DNA of 64,000 nt. Source: Tubulanus polymorphus (Eukaryota; Animalia; Nemertea). Of the stretch, positions 60,270-64,000 are shown piece after piece. The translations under genes were made by a program, and so were the position numbers. The notes below the pieces were generated by a model that did not search any database, was not told the DNA's origin, and saw only the letters and a list, made by a program, of their open reading frames with translations. Numbering within the stretch: position 1 is the stretch's first letter; every line of letters starts with the position of its first letter. Where the stretch lies: NCBI RefSeq assembly GCF_964204645.1, contig NC_134030.1:15624110-15688109 (forward strand), written 5' to 3'.

Positions 60270-62428
60270 TCTGATGTATAGCGTCGACCTTTTTATTGCC
60301 TTCAAGAGTTCGCAGACATTTTCTACTCTCTGCGACAGCTTCATATTTCCTTCCGAATTTCAGAAGTTCGTCAATCTTGAAGCCTTTAGCCGTGTCCAGG
60401 ATTCATCAAAAGGAGTCGATGCAGTGACCAGTTCTTTGATACGCTCGGCCTTCTCTTCTTCTGTGAAATCACATTCCTTGGCCTTTGTCAAACACCTGGT
60501 CGCAAAATCGTCCAAGGTCTCCGCCTCATACTGTCGGAATCTCAGCAGTTCAAGTCTATGTATTCTAAAGTTGACCTTGACTCTCAGTTGGTCTTCGAAA
60601 AATGTCCATAAAATCTCTGGATCGTTTTGCTCTGCCTCCGTCAGTCCGGATGCGTTTATTCTCCGTAGGCCCTGAGCCCCGACTGCAATTTTGATTTTGA
60701 CAGCTACTCTCGTGCTATCCTTGATACCCTGGTCGGTAACACACAACTGGACCCTTTGCTTAAAGATTCTTAACTCCCCAGCCAGGTCAGATGAGTCCCA
60801 ATTCATTTCTGGTATTTTGGACATTATGACAATTTAACATGTGATGTAAATATCAACAATTACAATTTAATATTACCTCTACTCTTAAAATTAATAAAAC
60901 TATGGTGAATTATACACGATGGAAGTTATCTGCTATCTATCAATACTTAATCATTAAAAAAAATTATATAAGTTGAATTAATGTCCGTTATTTAAACAGC
61001 AGCCAATATAGAATAAGAAATAATGCACAGTTCTTATTTTAAAATACGTGATCAACGAGTGAACCGGATTGAAAGTCACACTGAACAAAATCTTAATTTT
61101 TTAATCAGCGACGAGTTGTCTGTAACAGAGATAACCAGCAATACTGAAGAACATTCGTCCACCAGGATCAGCATAAATGCGTCTCTATGTCCACCGTTGA
61201 ATGTACCGTATATCGCTGTTACACGTCCGTAAGATATATCACTGACGAGAAATCAGGGGCGGATCCAGGGGGATGGGTAGACAGTATTGGAAGGAAATTT
61301 AAGGGCACCTTTCTGATCTTAGGGCACACCCAGTATCCAGGTCAATGCGAGCGCCGAAGGCGCGAAGTCCTCAGAGGGGGGTCTGGGAAACGAATTCGAG
61401 ACAATATTTCAACAGATGCGGATAAAAAATGAAGCTGGCGAACCCATGAAAGAATGGTTGTCGCCAACTTCGCCTAGTGCCCCTATAATCTTTAAAAGTG
61501 CCCCTTAACAATTTATACAGAATACGGCTAAGTGCCCCTTCATTGTTAACAATCGGCAAAAATTGCCTCGTCTTCACATTTATCCTTATGTCGTGTGCCG
61601 GTCTACCAAACCAAAAGTGCCCCTAAAATTTTAAAAATTAGGCCAAAAAGTGCCCTTTTCCTCAACATTTTCCGCGTATAGTGCCCTCTTCTAAAGTACG
61701 AGTGCCCCTTTAGCCCTCCCTGAAAAGGCAAGGACAAGGTGCCCTCATCTAAAGCATGAGTGCCCCTTGCAAAAGGAAAGTACCCTTTTTAATTTATCAT
61801 GATTAAAGGCTTTACCAATATGATTATCTCTCCTCACTTTCTCGGCAGCAGTATATACCGATTAATTTTATTATTATGCCCGGATTACGGACACGGAATT
61901 AGCTGTTGCTGAAATAATGCCGTCAAAAATATTGCCGGTGAAATTTCGAAGGGCACTTAAAAATTCTAGACCGTATTGGGCAATACGGCTAATACGGTCT
62001 GGATCCGCCCCTGGAAATCACCACACTGCAGACATGTCCCTCTTCACCAGAACAGCGTTTCGATCACAGTCGTTTCTACGAAGAAGCAGCAAACCTCCGT
62101 TGCGCCATCAATCGACGGGAAGCACCGTTAATGCACGGTTGCGAAACATCCGATTGCGAAATAGCAAGCAGCAATCGATGACATCCGATATTCGAAGTTA
62201 ACAGTTTAACCAACTACATCTACATAAGCCTCGGCAAGATGACTTACTGCGTTCCGGATGATCTCTGGCGTCTATTGTTTCCGCTGCCACCATGTTATGA
62301 TGTCCTCCGATATCAGGACTTGAAATATATTCGACTGTCAGAGCGTCAGATAACAAAAACACATGACAAGAACGACCGCCATACTTGGAACTACTTTTAT
62401 TGATGTATATATACACAATCATATCACA
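60270..62428 (-). mobile_element. gag: Gypsy 5' end: probable LTR (~62293-62428), tRNA-Leu PBS, leader, truncated gag (60360-60824)
   Basis: CATAACA-TGGTGGCAGCGG on minus strand; FRQxExETLDDFxTR Gag motif; LTR start uncertain. Confidence 0.75.
61254..62013. mobile_element. MITE with CAGGGGCGGATCCAG TIRs and internal GTGCCC repeats
   Basis: 15-bp TIRs; flanking GAAAT direct repeat. Confidence 0.8.
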
Positions 62429-63204
62429 AACAGTACAAATAGCTAGAAAATGCAACGATAGTGCATTGTCAATTAAAGCAAGTGTACATTGGTTGTTTAG
62501 GTTTTTCGTTGGGAAAATTAATGTTTAATCATTATTTAAATATCCGAGGCGAGCTTTTCCAGGAATTTATAAAGTTGAGCTTTACACAAGGAATTTTTTG
62601 TAGTCCGATATCCGTGATTACCTCTGGCGTGGAGAGCGTAAAACCAACCGTAGAGTCAAATATTTTACCAAAAATTTCTATGATTGATAAAAAGATTGAG
62701 TGATAACATGCAAACAGTATTATCTGAATTCCACTCCATTTCAAACTCATCATCTTTACACAAACTCGTTGAACAGTTCAAAATCGCGTGGCTTGAATTA
62801 TTACGATAACTAAAATTAGGGACCAAAATACTTGCTCATCTGCACTGGCTACCAATTTAACAAGGGATTGAATTTGAGTGTTTGATATTGTAACAATACC
62901 ATACTGAATTATGGTTTCAGTTTCTACTTTTTGATTGAACATTTATATCACATATTGGGTCATTTTTACCAGCATATATGGAATAACCTATCCATATATC
63001 ATTTTCAATTTTATACACTCTGACTTTTGAGATGTCATTCAATCAATGCATTTATATGCGGTCGTCGCTTTCAATAGCCACCACGGACTGGCTCCTTATT
63101 ACCTCCTTGGCGGCTCCTTATTACCTCCTTGGCGATACGTTGGCGGACGATCCCACACGTTTCTTGCTCCAGCCCTAGAATGCGCAATTATAGTCGTCAT
63201 GAAC

Positions 63205-63340
63205 ACCCGATTTGAATTTAAATTCAAAAGACTCCTAAAAACACACCTGTTTACTCGATTACTCTATAGCGCCTTTGAACATTTATATGCAAGAATCAGT
63301 GAAATTGGCGCTTTATCAGTTGTATTCATCATTCAAACCC
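63205..63340 (+). mobile_element. 3' end fragment of an L2/CR1-type LINE (mirror at ~58297-58432)
   Basis: FKFKRLLKTHLF ORF2-like end followed by AGCGCC..GGCGCT stem. Confidence 0.45.
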
Positions 63341-63488
63341 ACAATTCTCCTATCTTATGAATATGGAGACCCATCCTCGTAAGAAAATGAATAAATAGGC
63401 TATGTTGCGTTCATATCATTTGATATGAGGTTACGTGTCATCTTTAATTGAAATGTGGTGATTTCAATTTAAGATGACACGTGGCCTC

Positions 63489-64000
63489 AGTAATTGGAAA
63501 TTGTGGCTTTCATACCAGAGGGCGAGAGGGCGAGACACCTCTCATCACAGCTAGGCACTAGCGAGAACGGTTATTAGCGCGTTTGCTATTACTGTAGTAC
63601 AGTGATTGCGAAAGCAACCATGCTCGGATAGATAGATGTAGCGAGGCTTGGACGAGAACGGTTGATTGCGTGTTTGTTATATACAAGGGGAAGTAATCCC
63701 CACTCATCACCACAAGTAATTTTTTTTTCTTATAAATGGGAGAGAGTGAACAACACACAGAACAAATTGATGTTAATGAAAATCAATATTATTGTACATA
63801 TTGTAAAAAATACATTGATAAATCTCATAAAGCACGTCATGAAAAAACTGCAAATCATATAAAAAATGTTATAGATTTTGAAACTCCAGAAAATTCAAGT
63901 GAAAGAAAAGAACGATTAGATGATATGAAAAAAAACGAAATAAAATGTGAAGTTTGTAATGAATTTATAGTAAAACGGAATTATAAAAGACATCTCGAAT
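63489..64000 (+). mobile_element. Element D' left terminus and pPolB start (ATG 63736), inverted duplicate of D
   Basis: Reverse complement of 57637-58148. Confidence 0.9.

Noticed and set aside
60227-60270. Helitron 3' end (GCGGAGCGGAGCGG...ACTAGT)
   Set aside because: Suggestive but no clear hairpin or 5' end identified
1-64000. Prokaryotic/phage origin or host protein-coding exons
   Set aside because: LTR retrotransposons, MITEs and a chromodomain integrase indicate a eukaryotic genome; no host exon could be supported

Overview
Eukaryotic (probably marine invertebrate, possibly echinoderm; inference) repeat-dense locus with no recognisable host gene. It holds a cluster of related, very AT-rich Polinton/Maverick-like endogenous viral elements. 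Element A (1-16289) is nearly intact: protein-primed PolB with an inserted EndoVII domain, putative OB-fold protein, penton, five membrane proteins, double-jelly-roll MCP, A32-like packaging ATPase, rve integrase-chromodomain, HNH nuclease, a 24-bp array and the right terminus. A appears inserted into decayed element B (16290-28118). Further copies are an end fragment C (32622-~34300), decayed inverted copy D (48090-58148), a PolB 5' fragment E (59463-~60110) and D' (63489-64000), part of a near-identical inverted duplication. Between and inside them lie a MuDR-like MITE, two Helentron-type (HINE-like) elements, a BEL/Pao retrotransposon interrupted by a two-LTR Gypsy element, a Gmr1-type (INT-before-RT) Gypsy, a third Gypsy 5' end and several MITEs. 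Most notable: (1) a remnant intein C-terminus at the D|TD polymerase site of D's pPolB; (2) poxvirus-like TAAATG starts on almost all genes, in two upstream-sequence classes; (3) no maturation protease but a block of membrane-protein genes; (4) a GC-rich palindromic 27-bp in-frame segment repeated in three genes; (5) palindromic termini. Together these suggest, as a hypothesis, a virophage-like, NCLDV-dependent, possibly membrane-containing Polinton family of an animal. All calls are by eye; no searches were run.
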